Positions 20,721 to 30,641 of a stretch of 64,000 bases of DNA are shown piece by piece. The notes beneath the pieces are model-generated. The model was given only the letters and a program-made list of their open reading frames with translations, was not told the origin of the DNA and did not search any database. The translations under genes were made by a program, and so were the position numbers. Source of the DNA: an uncultured Bacteroidales bacterium (GTDB lineage Bacteria; Bacteroidota; Bacteroidia; Bacteroidales; VadinHA17); contig CAWJLF010000007.1 in NCBI GenBank assembly GCA_963843635.1, positions 65,570-129,569 of the forward strand, given 5' to 3'. Every line of letters starts with the position of its first letter. The first letter of the stretch is position 1.

Positions 20721-23141
20721 TTATTCATACTTAAGTGACTGTGCCGGGTTGACATGTGCTGCCCTAATGATACGATAACTTATTGTTAGTAAGGCAATAC
20801 CCAGAGCAACAGACAGGCCGGCTACAAAACTGAATACACCAATATTTATCCTGTAATAAAAATTCTCTAACCACTTACCCGAAATATAATAAATTATTGG
20901 AGTTGCAATAATGGCTGAAATTGATACAAGTAAAATTATTTCTTTTGAAACTTCATAATAAATTCCGGCTATAGAGGAACCCATGGCTTTTCTTACTCCT
21001 ATCTCCTTTGTTCGCTGCTCAACAGTAAATGAGGTTAGTCCGAATAGGCCAATTGATGCAATGAAGATTGCCAGTATTGAAAAAATAACAGCCATTTGTG
21101 CGTTCTGCTTTTCCTGAATGTACATCTTCTCAAAATCCTGGTCAACAAAATAATATTGCAATGGACTATTGGCAGTAAACTCTTTCCATATATTTTCAAT
21201 CTGGTCGATTGTTTGTGAATAATTCTTTTCTGAAAGCTTTACAGACAAATAACCCCATAAAAAATTATCGGTTTTAAACCGTAGTATACATGGATCAATA
21301 GGATTACGCAGTGATTTGAAATTGAAATTCTTCACAACCCCAATTATTGGGATATAATTAACTTTGCCTGAGTCCTGTGGTTGCATGAATCTTACTTTTT
21401 CAATGTCGGTAATGCCAAAATCCTTAATTGCAGCCTCGTTGACTAGGCAAGCTTGCTCATCAGTGGAATAAAGTTTATTAAAAGAGCGACCCGAAGCGAG
21501 TGTCATGCCATAAGTATCCAGGTAGTCATAATCGATCCATGTTGTCATCATAAGGAATGTCTCATCTTTTCGTCCTTCAAGCATATAAGCGTTATTATTG
21601 TTTGTACGACCAGGAACAGCAGTCGAACTTGATATATTTATCACACCCGGTATCTCCTTAACTGCCGCTTTAAATGACTTCACTTTACTTCCCAGTGCTT
21701 CTGCCCGGTTTATAACTATAACCTGCTCCTTATTGAAGCCAACATCTTTGTTAAGCATATATTTTATCTGACGGTACATAATCATTGTACCAATTATTAG
21801 TAAAATTGATACAGTAAACTGAAAAACAACAAGTACCCTCCTCATGCGGCCATTCTTCATGCTATTTTTAATATTTCCTTTAAGTACCTCATAAGGACTG
21901 AAAGATGAAAGAAAAAGTGCAGGATAGCTTCCTGCAAGAAATCCAACAAAAACAGAAAAGAGTATCAGCACAGGAACTGTAAACATATTAGAAAACAAAC
22001 TAAGCCTGAGATTAGAACCAAGTAAATTATTAAAATACGGAAGAGTCAACTTAATTAGGATTAAGGCGAGTATAAGAGCCGTAAATGAAAGGATAAAGGA
22101 TTCTGATAGAAACTGTACCATAAGCATGCCTCTTGATGAACCTCCGATTTTTTTTATTCCAACTTCTTTAGCTCTCCTTGAAGCCTGGGCGGTTGACAGG
22201 TTCATAAAATTAATTGAGGCTATCAGAACGATAAGGATGGCGATACTTCCAAAAATTATCAGGTATTTCGGATCAGTTGATGATTTAAATTCCTGATCTA
22301 CAGATGTATCAAGATGAATATTGGTAAGCTTTTGCAGATAGAACCTGTATTTATTTCCCTGGGACTCGAATTCACTTATAGATATTCCCATATATTTTTG
22401 TAATTCTGGTCCAACATATTTTTCAATTAAGCCGGGGAATTTTGCATCGACATTCCTATAATCTGAGTTCGGTTTTAGGAGAAGGTAAGTACTGAAACTA
22501 TTGTTTGTCCATGCACTATTTCTAGACCTTGGGTTTGTCATAAATGAAGCAATAATATTTGCTTTAAAATGCGAATTTTCCGGAATATCTGCCATAACGC
22601 CGGAAACTGTGTAGAGTACTGAATCTGATCCCACTTTGAGCCTTTTGTCAACTGGGTCTTCATCTCCGAATATTCTTTTTGCAGTTGATTCAGACAGAAC
22701 AAGTTTTCGTGGGGCATTTAGCAAATTATCCTTATCGCCCTTTATCACTGGTATTGAGAAGAAATTAAAGAATGAGGAGTCCACTTCAATCAGATGTTCC
22801 TCTGTAAAAGACTGTTTATTGTGTTCAATAATAGTAGGCCCCCATCCATTCATTCTAAGAAAGTCCTCAACTTCAGGAAATTCCTCCAGAACTGTCGGCC
22901 CGATAATTGCCGCTGTTGATGAAGCTGTAACTTCCTGTCCACCAATTTTACCATTAAGGATAAGCCGAAAAATCCTGTCTTTTTTAACATTATACCTGTC
23001 ATAGCTTACTTCATTAATTACAAAAAGCGCTATTAGTAAACTGCAGGCAATTCCTATTGAAAGACCAAGAATATTAATTATGATATAAGATCGTTGCCTC
23101 TTAAAAGATCTCAGACTATGTTTAATTAAATTGCCAATCAT
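20721..23141 (-). CDS. ABC transporter permease, MacB-like double-FtsX (paralog group A)
   Basis: 806 aa. N-terminus MIGNLIKHSLRSFKRQRSYIIINILGLSIGIACSL; C-terminus NPAQSLKYE. It is very similar to the next two genes. Confidence 0.85.
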   Translation of the reverse strand: MIGNLIKHSLRSFKRQRSYIIINILGLSIGIACSLLIALFVINEVSYDRYNVKKDRIFRLILNGKIGGQEVTASSTAAIIGPTVLEEFPEVEDFLRMNGWGPTIIEHNKQSFTEEHLIEVDSSFFNFFSIPVIKGDKDNLLNAPRKLVLSESTAKRIFGDEDPVDKRLKVGSDSVLYTVSGVMADIPENSHFKANIIASFMTNPRSRNSAWTNNSFSTYLLLKPNSDYRNVDAKFPGLIEKYVGPELQKYMGISISEFESQGNKYRFYLQKLTNIHLDTSVDQEFKSSTDPKYLIIFGSIAILIVLIASINFMNLSTAQASRRAKEVGIKKIGGSSRGMLMVQFLSESFILSFTALILALILIKLTLPYFNNLLGSNLRLSLFSNMFTVPVLILFSVFVGFLAGSYPALFLSSFSPYEVLKGNIKNSMKNGRMRRVLVVFQFTVSILLIIGTMIMYRQIKYMLNKDVGFNKEQVIVINRAEALGSKVKSFKAAVKEIPGVINISSSTAVPGRTNNNNAYMLEGRKDETFLMMTTWIDYDYLDTYGMTLASGRSFNKLYSTDEQACLVNEAAIKDFGITDIEKVRFMQPQDSGKVNYIPIIGVVKNFNFKSLRNPIDPCILRFKTDNFLWGYLSVKLSEKNYSQTIDQIENIWKEFTANSPLQYYFVDQDFEKMYIQEKQNAQMAVIFSILAIFIASIGLFGLTSFTVEQRTKEIGVRKAMGSSIAGIYYEVSKEIILLVSISAIIATPIIYYISGKWLENFYYRINIGVFSFVAGLSVALGIALLTISYRIIRAAHVNPAQSLKYE

Positions 23142-23177
23142 ATAATGTGATTCAGACTATGATAATTCATCCTCTTT

Positions 23178-25598
23178 CTATTCATATTTAAGTGACTGCG
23201 CAGGATTAACCCGTGCTGCCTTCAGGACACGGTAACTGATTGTCAGTATGGCAATCCCCAGGGCAATCAACATACCGGCCAGGAAGCTGAATACTCCGAG
23301 GTTTATCTTATAATAGAAGTTTTCCAGCCATTTGTTTGCAATATAGTAAATGACAGGCCAGGCTATAAGGGCTGAAACAGAGACCAGGGTCACTATCTCT
23401 TTTGATATCTCAACATATATTCCTGCTATTGATGATCCCATTGCCTTCCTTACACCTATCTCTTTTGTTCGTTGCTCCACCGTGAATGATGTAAGTCCGA
23501 ATAAACCCAGTGATGCAATTAAGATTGCAAGTATTGAGAAAATAACGGCCATCTGTGCATTTCTTTTTTCCTGTATATACATCTTCTCAAAATCCTGATC
23601 AAGAAAGTAATACTGCATCGGGTTATTCTGCACGAATCCTTTCCATTGTGTCTCTATCTCGCTTATTGTCTTTGCATAGGTATTGGCATTCAATCTCACA
23701 GTTACATATCCCCAAAGCATGCCATCATTCTGGAATTTAAATATATAGGGCGACACAGGGTTACGAAGTGATTCAAAATTAAAATTGCTGACCACTCCTA
23801 TTATAGGAAGATAGTTTACCTTACCGGAATCTTGTGGGTCCATAATCCGTGTTGTACTGAAATCTGTTATTCCAAAGTTCTTTATTGCACTCTCATTGAG
23901 AATACATGCATCTTTGTCAGTTGAATAACTTTCGTTAAAAAATCTTCCCGAATCGAGCTTTATGCCATATGTATCAAGAAAATTATAATCACACCAGTTG
24001 GTCACCATAATAAAGCTTTCATCTTCCCTGCCTTCTATCCTGTATCCGTTGGTATTATTGACCCTTCCCGGAACCATCGTAGAACTTGTAATATTGATCA
24101 CACCGGGTATTTTTCGTACCACTTCCTTGAATGCCTTCATTTTTGGTCCAAGTGCTCCAGCCCTGTTTATGACAATCAGCTGTTCCTTATTGAATCCCAC
24201 ATCTTTGTTCAGCATATAGTTAATCTGGCGGTACATTATCATGGTACCAATAATCAGAAGGATTGACACCGCAAACTGGAAGACTACAAGCACCCTTCTC
24301 AGGCGTCCGTTCTTCATGCTGTTCTTTACACTTCCCTTTAATACTTCATAAGGACTGAAAGACGATAAGAAAATCGACGGATAACTTCCGGCCAACAAAC
24401 CTACCACAATCGAAAACAACAGAAGTAACGGCACTGTAAACCATCTGGCAAAAAGTTGCAAGTTGAGATCAGTACCCAGAAGGTTGTTAAAAAATGGAAG
24501 AGAAACCTTTATGAGTATTATTGCCAGTACGAGAGAGACAAAAGAAAGAATGAATGATTCGGAAAGAAACTGGGTGATCAACATGCCTCGGGAAGATCCC
24601 CCTATTTTCTTAATTCCTACTTCTTTGGCTCTTTTAGCAGCCTGTGCGGTGGACAGGTTCATGAAATTAATAGCAGCTATCAGAACGATCAGTATCGCAA
24701 TACTACCAAAAATTATAAGAAACTTTGGATCACTGGCTGCCTTAAACTCCTGCTGTATTGAATTATCGAGATGGATGTCTTTTAGATTCTGAAAGAAGAA
24801 CCTGTATTTATTTCCCTGTTTCTCCATATCCTCCATCGACAGACCCATATATTGTTTAAGTTCAGGTCCTACATACTTTTTCAGTAGCTCAGGCATCTTA
24901 TCCTCAACAGTTTTGTAACTGGTATTGGGCTTTAGTAAAAGGTATGTGCTGAAGCTGTTATTTAGCCAGATAGGGCTATTGGACCGCGGATTAGTCATGA
25001 AAGAGGTAATGATATTAGCCTTAAAATGTGTGTTTTCAGGAATATCAGCCATTACACCGGACATTACATACCTCATGTGTCGCTGCCTATCTTAATAGTT
25101 TTGTCTATAGGGATTCTCATCCCCGAATATCCTTTTGGCCGTAGAGGCTGACAGTACAGCTTTGTGGGGAGCATTCAGAAGATTATCCGGATCTCCTTTG
25201 AGTACAGGTATAGAGAAGAAATTAAAGAAGGAGGAGTCGGCCTGAATCAGGTCTTCCTCAGTAAAAGTCTTGTTATTATAATCTATGATAGTCGGTCCCT
25301 GTCCTGTCATTCTCAGGAAATCCTCAACCTCGGGAAATTCTCTCAGTAATGTTGGCCCCATAATTGCTGGTGAGGTAGCAATCGTCAACTCCTGGCCCCC
25401 GATCTTTCCATTCAAAATTGCCCTGAATATCCTGTCTTTCTTTACATTATATTTATCATAACTAGACTCATTTATGACAAACAAGGCTATAACGAGGCTG
25501 CAGGCTATGCCAATAGAAAGGCCAAGTATGTTAATTAAAACATATCCTCTCTGTCTTTTAAAAGATCTTAGACTGTGTTTTATAAGATTACGTAACAT
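23178..25598 (-). pseudogene. ABC transporter permease, MacB-like double-FtsX (paralog group A), interrupted by an in-frame stop
   Basis: ORFs 25092..25598 and 23178..25076 are in the same frame and together align with both neighbours. The junction reads NPYRQNY-stop-DRQRHMRY, where the paralogs have NPIDxxIKxGxDTxxY. A shifted frame gives IDKTIKIGSDT. Confidence 0.8.
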
Positions 25599-25701
25599 GA
25601 TAATTTTCTTTTAAAAAAAGGTAAATAATTGTCTTTCGTGTTATAAAAAGGTATGTTTCCCTGTTTCGGTTGATCAGACCTTCAGGAAATCACCCTGATA
25701 T

Positions 25702-28122
25702 CTATTCATATTTCAGTGACTGAGCCGGGTTGGTTCTGGCCGCCCTGAGAATTCGGTAGCTGATTGTAATCACAGCTATTCCAAGAGCAATTGACAGCCC
25801 CGCAATAAAAGTGAATATTCCCAGGCTTATACGGTAATAGAAATTCTCAAGCCATCTCCCTGCTACATAGTAAATTAATGGGCAGGCAATAAGAGCGGAA
25901 ACCGATACAAGTATTATTATCTCTTTTGAGATGGCAATATAAATACCTGCAACCGTAGACCCCATAGCCTTTCTTACTCCGATCTCCTTGGTTTTCTGCT
26001 CAACTGTGAATGATGTCAGTCCGAATAAACCCAGTGATGCAATAAATATAGCAAGTGCTGAAAACAGCACTGACAGCGTTGCATTTTGTTTCTCCTGGTT
26101 ATACATCTGTTCAAAATCGGCATCAACAAAATAATATTGGAGTGGGGTATTTGCAGTAAATTCCTTCCATTTGCTTTCAATACCGGTGATAGTTTTCTTA
26201 AAATCCTGTGCCGTCAGCCTGACAGTAAGATACCCGAAGTTTATATAGTCATTCTTGAACATAAAAATATAGGGATGTATTGGATTCCTGAGTGATTCGA
26301 AGTTGAAATTTTCTACTTCTCCAATAACATGCAAAATCTGTCCTTTTTCAGAACCATCGGGTCTGATGAAGTGTGTCTGGGTCAGGTCTGTTATTCCAAA
26401 ATCCTTCACAGCAGCCTCGTTCAACAGGCAGGCATCTGCATCAGTGGAAAACGACTGATCAAACCCTCTTCCTGAAACCAGTTTCATACCGTAAGTTTCC
26501 AGATAGTCATAGTCAATGAAGTTTGTTTGCATAAGAAAGCTCTCATCCTTTCGGCCCTCCATCCCATAACCGTTATTATTATTGTTTCTTCCCGGAACAG
26601 CTGATGAGCTGGCAATACTGATAACCCCCGGGACTCCTTTCACTGCATCCTTAAACGACTTGATCCTGTTCCCAAGAGCTTCTGCCCTGTTTATTACCAG
26701 CAGTTGTTCCTTATTGAAACCGACATTCTTGTTAAGCATATATTTTATCTGCCTGTACATTATCAGGGTTCCGACGATAAGCAGAATCGATATTGTAAAC
26801 TGGAAGACAACCAGCACTCTTCTTAATTTGCCGTTCTTCATGTTGTTTCTCATTTCTCCTTTCAATACCTCGTAAGGGTTAAAGGAAGAAAGATAAAACG
26901 CCGGATAACTGCCTGCAAGAAAACCCACAAAGATGGAGAAAATCAGAAGTACAGGCATGACATACCATGAAGATAACAGATTAATAGTAAGATCAGTACC
27001 CAGCATGTTATTAAAATATGGTAAGAGAAGTCTTATGATTATAAGGGCGATAATAAGAGAAATAAATGAAAGGATAAATGATTCTGAAAGAAACTGAGTA
27101 ACAAGTGCGCCTCTTGAAGAACCACCGATCTTTTTAATTCCTACCTCTTTGGCTCTTTTTGCAGCCTGCGCTGTGGAAAGATTCATGAAATTGATTGCAG
27201 CTATTATTAAAATTAATATTGCTATGCTTCCAAAAATTATCAGATACTTGGGATCGCTTGCAGGTTTGAACACTTGCTGGATAAGCGGATTAAGATGTAT
27301 ATCAGTAAGTTCCTGGCAATAATAACCGTAGCTGTTACCCTGCTTTAAGAAATTATCCAGGGATATTCCCATGTATCTCTGAACCTGGGGACCGACATAT
27401 TTCTTAATCATTTCCGGTATCTTATCATTAACACTCTTCATGCTTGAATTGGGCTTAAGCAGAAGGTATGTACTGTAGCTGTTGCTCAGCCATATAGGGT
27501 TAGCTGAACCAGGATCAGTCATAAAAGAAGATATCATGCTGGCCTCAAAATGCGACTTTGCAGGAACATCACCCATGACACCCGAAACAATATAGTGTAC
27601 TGTGTCTGTACCCAACTTTATTGCTCTATCAATCGGGTTTTCAGTTCCAAATATTTTCCTGGCTGTCGACTCCGATAGTACTACCCTGTGCGGGGCATTA
27701 AGCAGATTTTGGGGATCGCCTTTTAAAACAGGTATAGAAAAGAAATTAAAAAATGAAGAGTCAGCTTCCACGAGATGATCCTCAGTGAATGTCTGGTTAT
27801 TATACTCTACAACTGTTGGGCCGGTACCTGTCATTCTCAGAAAATCTTCCACTTCAGGGAATTCTTTTACCATGGTGGGTCCCATAGGAGCACAGGTGTA
27901 TGCTCCGACAATTTCCTGCCCTCCAATCTTACCGTTGAGGATCAGTCTTACAATTCTGTCTTTTTTTACATTGAACTTATCATAACTTGATTCGTTGATA
28001 ACATAAAGTGCTATAAGCAAACTGCAGGCTATGCCTATCGATAGCCCCAGAACATTTATTACTATGTAAGCACGTTGCCTTTTAAAGGATCTTAAACTGT
28101 GTTTGAGAAGATTAGTGAACAT
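25702..28122 (-). CDS. ABC transporter permease, MacB-like double-FtsX (paralog group A)
   Basis: The ORF track gives 25702..28176. The Met at 28122 (MFTNLLKHSLRSFKRQRAY...) aligns with the paralog starts. Confidence 0.85.
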   Translation of the reverse strand: MFTNLLKHSLRSFKRQRAYIVINVLGLSIGIACSLLIALYVINESSYDKFNVKKDRIVRLILNGKIGGQEIVGAYTCAPMGPTMVKEFPEVEDFLRMTGTGPTVVEYNNQTFTEDHLVEADSSFFNFFSIPVLKGDPQNLLNAPHRVVLSESTARKIFGTENPIDRAIKLGTDTVHYIVSGVMGDVPAKSHFEASMISSFMTDPGSANPIWLSNSYSTYLLLKPNSSMKSVNDKIPEMIKKYVGPQVQRYMGISLDNFLKQGNSYGYYCQELTDIHLNPLIQQVFKPASDPKYLIIFGSIAILILIIAAINFMNLSTAQAAKRAKEVGIKKIGGSSRGALVTQFLSESFILSFISLIIALIIIRLLLPYFNNMLGTDLTINLLSSWYVMPVLLIFSIFVGFLAGSYPAFYLSSFNPYEVLKGEMRNNMKNGKLRRVLVVFQFTISILLIVGTLIMYRQIKYMLNKNVGFNKEQLLVINRAEALGNRIKSFKDAVKGVPGVISIASSSAVPGRNNNNNGYGMEGRKDESFLMQTNFIDYDYLETYGMKLVSGRGFDQSFSTDADACLLNEAAVKDFGITDLTQTHFIRPDGSEKGQILHVIGEVENFNFESLRNPIHPYIFMFKNDYINFGYLTVRLTAQDFKKTITGIESKWKEFTANTPLQYYFVDADFEQMYNQEKQNATLSVLFSALAIFIASLGLFGLTSFTVEQKTKEIGVRKAMGSTVAGIYIAISKEIIILVSVSALIACPLIYYVAGRWLENFYYRISLGIFTFIAGLSIALGIAVITISYRILRAARTNPAQSLKYE

Positions 28123-28186
28123 TATTTTAAGTTTTTTTAACATTTCATAGACGGAACAAAAACACCTTTGCTGCATCTAAAAAAAA

Positions 28187-30556
28187 TTATTCAACCTTAA
28201 GAGCCTCGGCAGGATTAGTTGTAGATGCCTTATAAGCCTGAAAACTAACGGTTATCAATGCTATTAAAATTGCACCCAAAGCTATTCCTGCAAATACCAG
28301 CACGCTTAAGTCGATCCGGTATGCAAACTGTTTAAGTAGTTTTTCTACAATTAACCAGCCCAGTGGAAATGCAATAATGATTGAAATGATGACCAGGACC
28401 AGAAACTCACTTGACAGTGTATACATAACAGTAATGGAACCGGCTCCCATAACTTTCCTTATACCTACTTCATTTGTTCTTCGTTCAGATGAATATGACG
28501 ATAATCCATAAAGCCCAAGACAGGCAATTATTATTGCAAGAATGGTAAAGTACTTTAGCAAGCCTGTGAGGCGCATCTCCGACCTGAACAGTTTATCATA
28601 ATCCTGATCAACAAATGTGTACTCAAGAGGATATTCAGGGATAACCTCATGCCATGTCTTTTCCAGAGATTTGAGTGATGCAGGGATATTCCCAGTCAAC
28701 CTGACAAGAATTACATTTAGAAAATTCATGTCTGCCAATGCAAATGCGAGTGGTTCAATTGGCTGATCTGCCCCTTTAAAATGGAAATTTTTCATTACTC
28801 CTACAATCTTACCGTTCAAGCCCATAAACCTGAAGTTCTTACCTACCGGGTCTCCAATATCCATGATCTTGGCAACCTCCTCGTTGATAAGGAAGTTACC
28901 CGTTGTATCGCGGGCCATATCTGCAGGAAAGTCTCTCGAAAAGTCACGACCGGAAACAAGTTCTATCTTCATTGTCTTCAGGTAATCATAATCAACACCG
29001 CAGTTACCTATAAGTACCTGTTTATCAGGATCTTTACCGTCCCAACTGGCGCCTCCTGAATTACTCCCTATATTTACAGGATTCCAGGTTGAGGCGGTCA
29101 CACCTGCAATAAGGGTTTCTTTCTTAAGTTCTGTCTTGAGGGAATAATACTTGTCTTTCATGGAATCACTCATTGGGATACAAACCAGTTTCTCCTTATC
29201 GAAGCCCAGATCTTTGTTCTGTAAATATTTGAGCTCCTTATACAGGAATACAGCACAAACGGCGATGAGTATCGATAGTGAAAACTGGATGATCACAAGT
29301 GCCTGCCTGAACCTGACGCTGCCTCTTCCTGAAACGGCCTCTCCTTTGAGAACGGCAACGGGTTTGAATGATGACAAATATAAAGCAGGATAGATGCCTG
29401 AAATAATACCGGCAATAAATCCAGTCACAAGGAAACTGATAATAAACCGAGTGTGCAAAAGATCTGAGATAATAAAACTTTTGCCTGAAACGCTATTAAA
29501 GATATTGAGCGATAATCCAACCAGCATGATGGCAATCACCATGGACAGAGCCACCAGTAACATAGATTCCATCATGAATTGGAAGATCATTCTCCCCTTG
29601 TCAGCCCCGGCAACTTTCTTTATACCTATCTCCTTGCTACGTCCTGAAGCTTTGGCGGTTGACAGGTTTATGAAATTAATGCATGCTATCAGTAAGATGA
29701 ATATTGCAATTAGTGAAAAGATAGTCACTGCAAGAACAGGACCCTTTGTTTCAAAAAATCCAAACTGGCCATGTAGATGAATATCCAGAAGAGGAAATAG
29801 CGAATATTTTGTAGTGCTCTCAGGATTATGCTCAAGTACCACATCCGTAAGTTTTTTATCAACATCCTTTATATCAGCGCCTTTTTGAATAAGCACAAAA
29901 GTAAAGATGGAATTATTACCCCATGAATCGCTAGTTGCGCCAATACTCTTCAGGAATGAATAGGGTAATATACCCTCAAATCGCAACATAGAATTCCTGG
30001 GAGGGTCTTTTAACAGACCGGTGACAGTAAACTGGATATTATTCTCAGCAGTTAATACTTTCCCAACAGGATTTTCATCACCAAAATATTTCTTTGCGAG
30101 TTTCTGTGTAAGGACTATTGAATTGGGAGAGCTTAGGGCAGTCAAGGGATCACCTGCCAGCATGGGCAATGTGAATATCCTTAAGAATCCTGAATCAGCT
30201 GCTACAATGGAGGATTCAAAAAATACTTTATCCTCATACCTGAATAAAGTACGTGGGAGACCGTTGTAACGGGTCTGTTCCTTAATCTCCGGTATTTTCT
30301 GCATCCATTCAGGTCCACTCGGATAAGGTGTGACTGTAACATGATATCGTCGGCCTGAATAGAACTGATCTTCCTCAACACGGTATATACTACCCGCGTC
30401 CCTGTTGAATTTCTCAAAGCTCATCTCATCCTGTACCCATAATAAGATAAGCAAAGAAGCAGCCAGACCAATAGCCAGTCCGGAAACATTAATTAAAGTA
30501 AAAATCTTATGCCGGGAAATATTCCGGAAAGCAATTTTGAAGAAGGTTTTGATCAT
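28187..30556 (-). CDS. ABC transporter permease, MacB-like double-FtsX
   Basis: 789 aa with the same architecture as the others but more divergent. C-terminus NPAEALKVE. Confidence 0.85.
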   Translation of the reverse strand: MIKTFFKIAFRNISRHKIFTLINVSGLAIGLAASLLILLWVQDEMSFEKFNRDAGSIYRVEEDQFYSGRRYHVTVTPYPSGPEWMQKIPEIKEQTRYNGLPRTLFRYEDKVFFESSIVAADSGFLRIFTLPMLAGDPLTALSSPNSIVLTQKLAKKYFGDENPVGKVLTAENNIQFTVTGLLKDPPRNSMLRFEGILPYSFLKSIGATSDSWGNNSIFTFVLIQKGADIKDVDKKLTDVVLEHNPESTTKYSLFPLLDIHLHGQFGFFETKGPVLAVTIFSLIAIFILLIACINFINLSTAKASGRSKEIGIKKVAGADKGRMIFQFMMESMLLVALSMVIAIMLVGLSLNIFNSVSGKSFIISDLLHTRFIISFLVTGFIAGIISGIYPALYLSSFKPVAVLKGEAVSGRGSVRFRQALVIIQFSLSILIAVCAVFLYKELKYLQNKDLGFDKEKLVCIPMSDSMKDKYYSLKTELKKETLIAGVTASTWNPVNIGSNSGGASWDGKDPDKQVLIGNCGVDYDYLKTMKIELVSGRDFSRDFPADMARDTTGNFLINEEVAKIMDIGDPVGKNFRFMGLNGKIVGVMKNFHFKGADQPIEPLAFALADMNFLNVILVRLTGNIPASLKSLEKTWHEVIPEYPLEYTFVDQDYDKLFRSEMRLTGLLKYFTILAIIIACLGLYGLSSYSSERRTNEVGIRKVMGAGSITVMYTLSSEFLVLVIISIIIAFPLGWLIVEKLLKQFAYRIDLSVLVFAGIALGAILIALITVSFQAYKASTTNPAEALKVE

Positions 30557-30565
30557 GGTTTAAAA

Positions 30566-30616
30566 AATTATGTGCAACCAAAAGACGTTCTACATCTTTA
30601 AATGTTGCACATAATT
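30566..30616 (-). terminator. 13-bp perfect inverted repeat between the GH3 stop and the first permease start
   Basis: aattatgtgcaac (30566-30578) and gttgcacataatt (30604-30616) are separated by a 25-nt spacer, with a short T-run after the stem on the minus strand. It could be a terminator or an operator for the permease operon. Confidence 0.35.
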
Positions 30617-30641
30617 CTCAGATCTTACTCTTCTCTGTATC

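Noticed and set aside
30557-30641. Sigma-54 promoter upstream of the permease operon
   Set aside because: I found no GG-N10-GC element on the minus strand. The conspicuous feature is a 13-bp inverted repeat, which is better explained as a terminator or operator.
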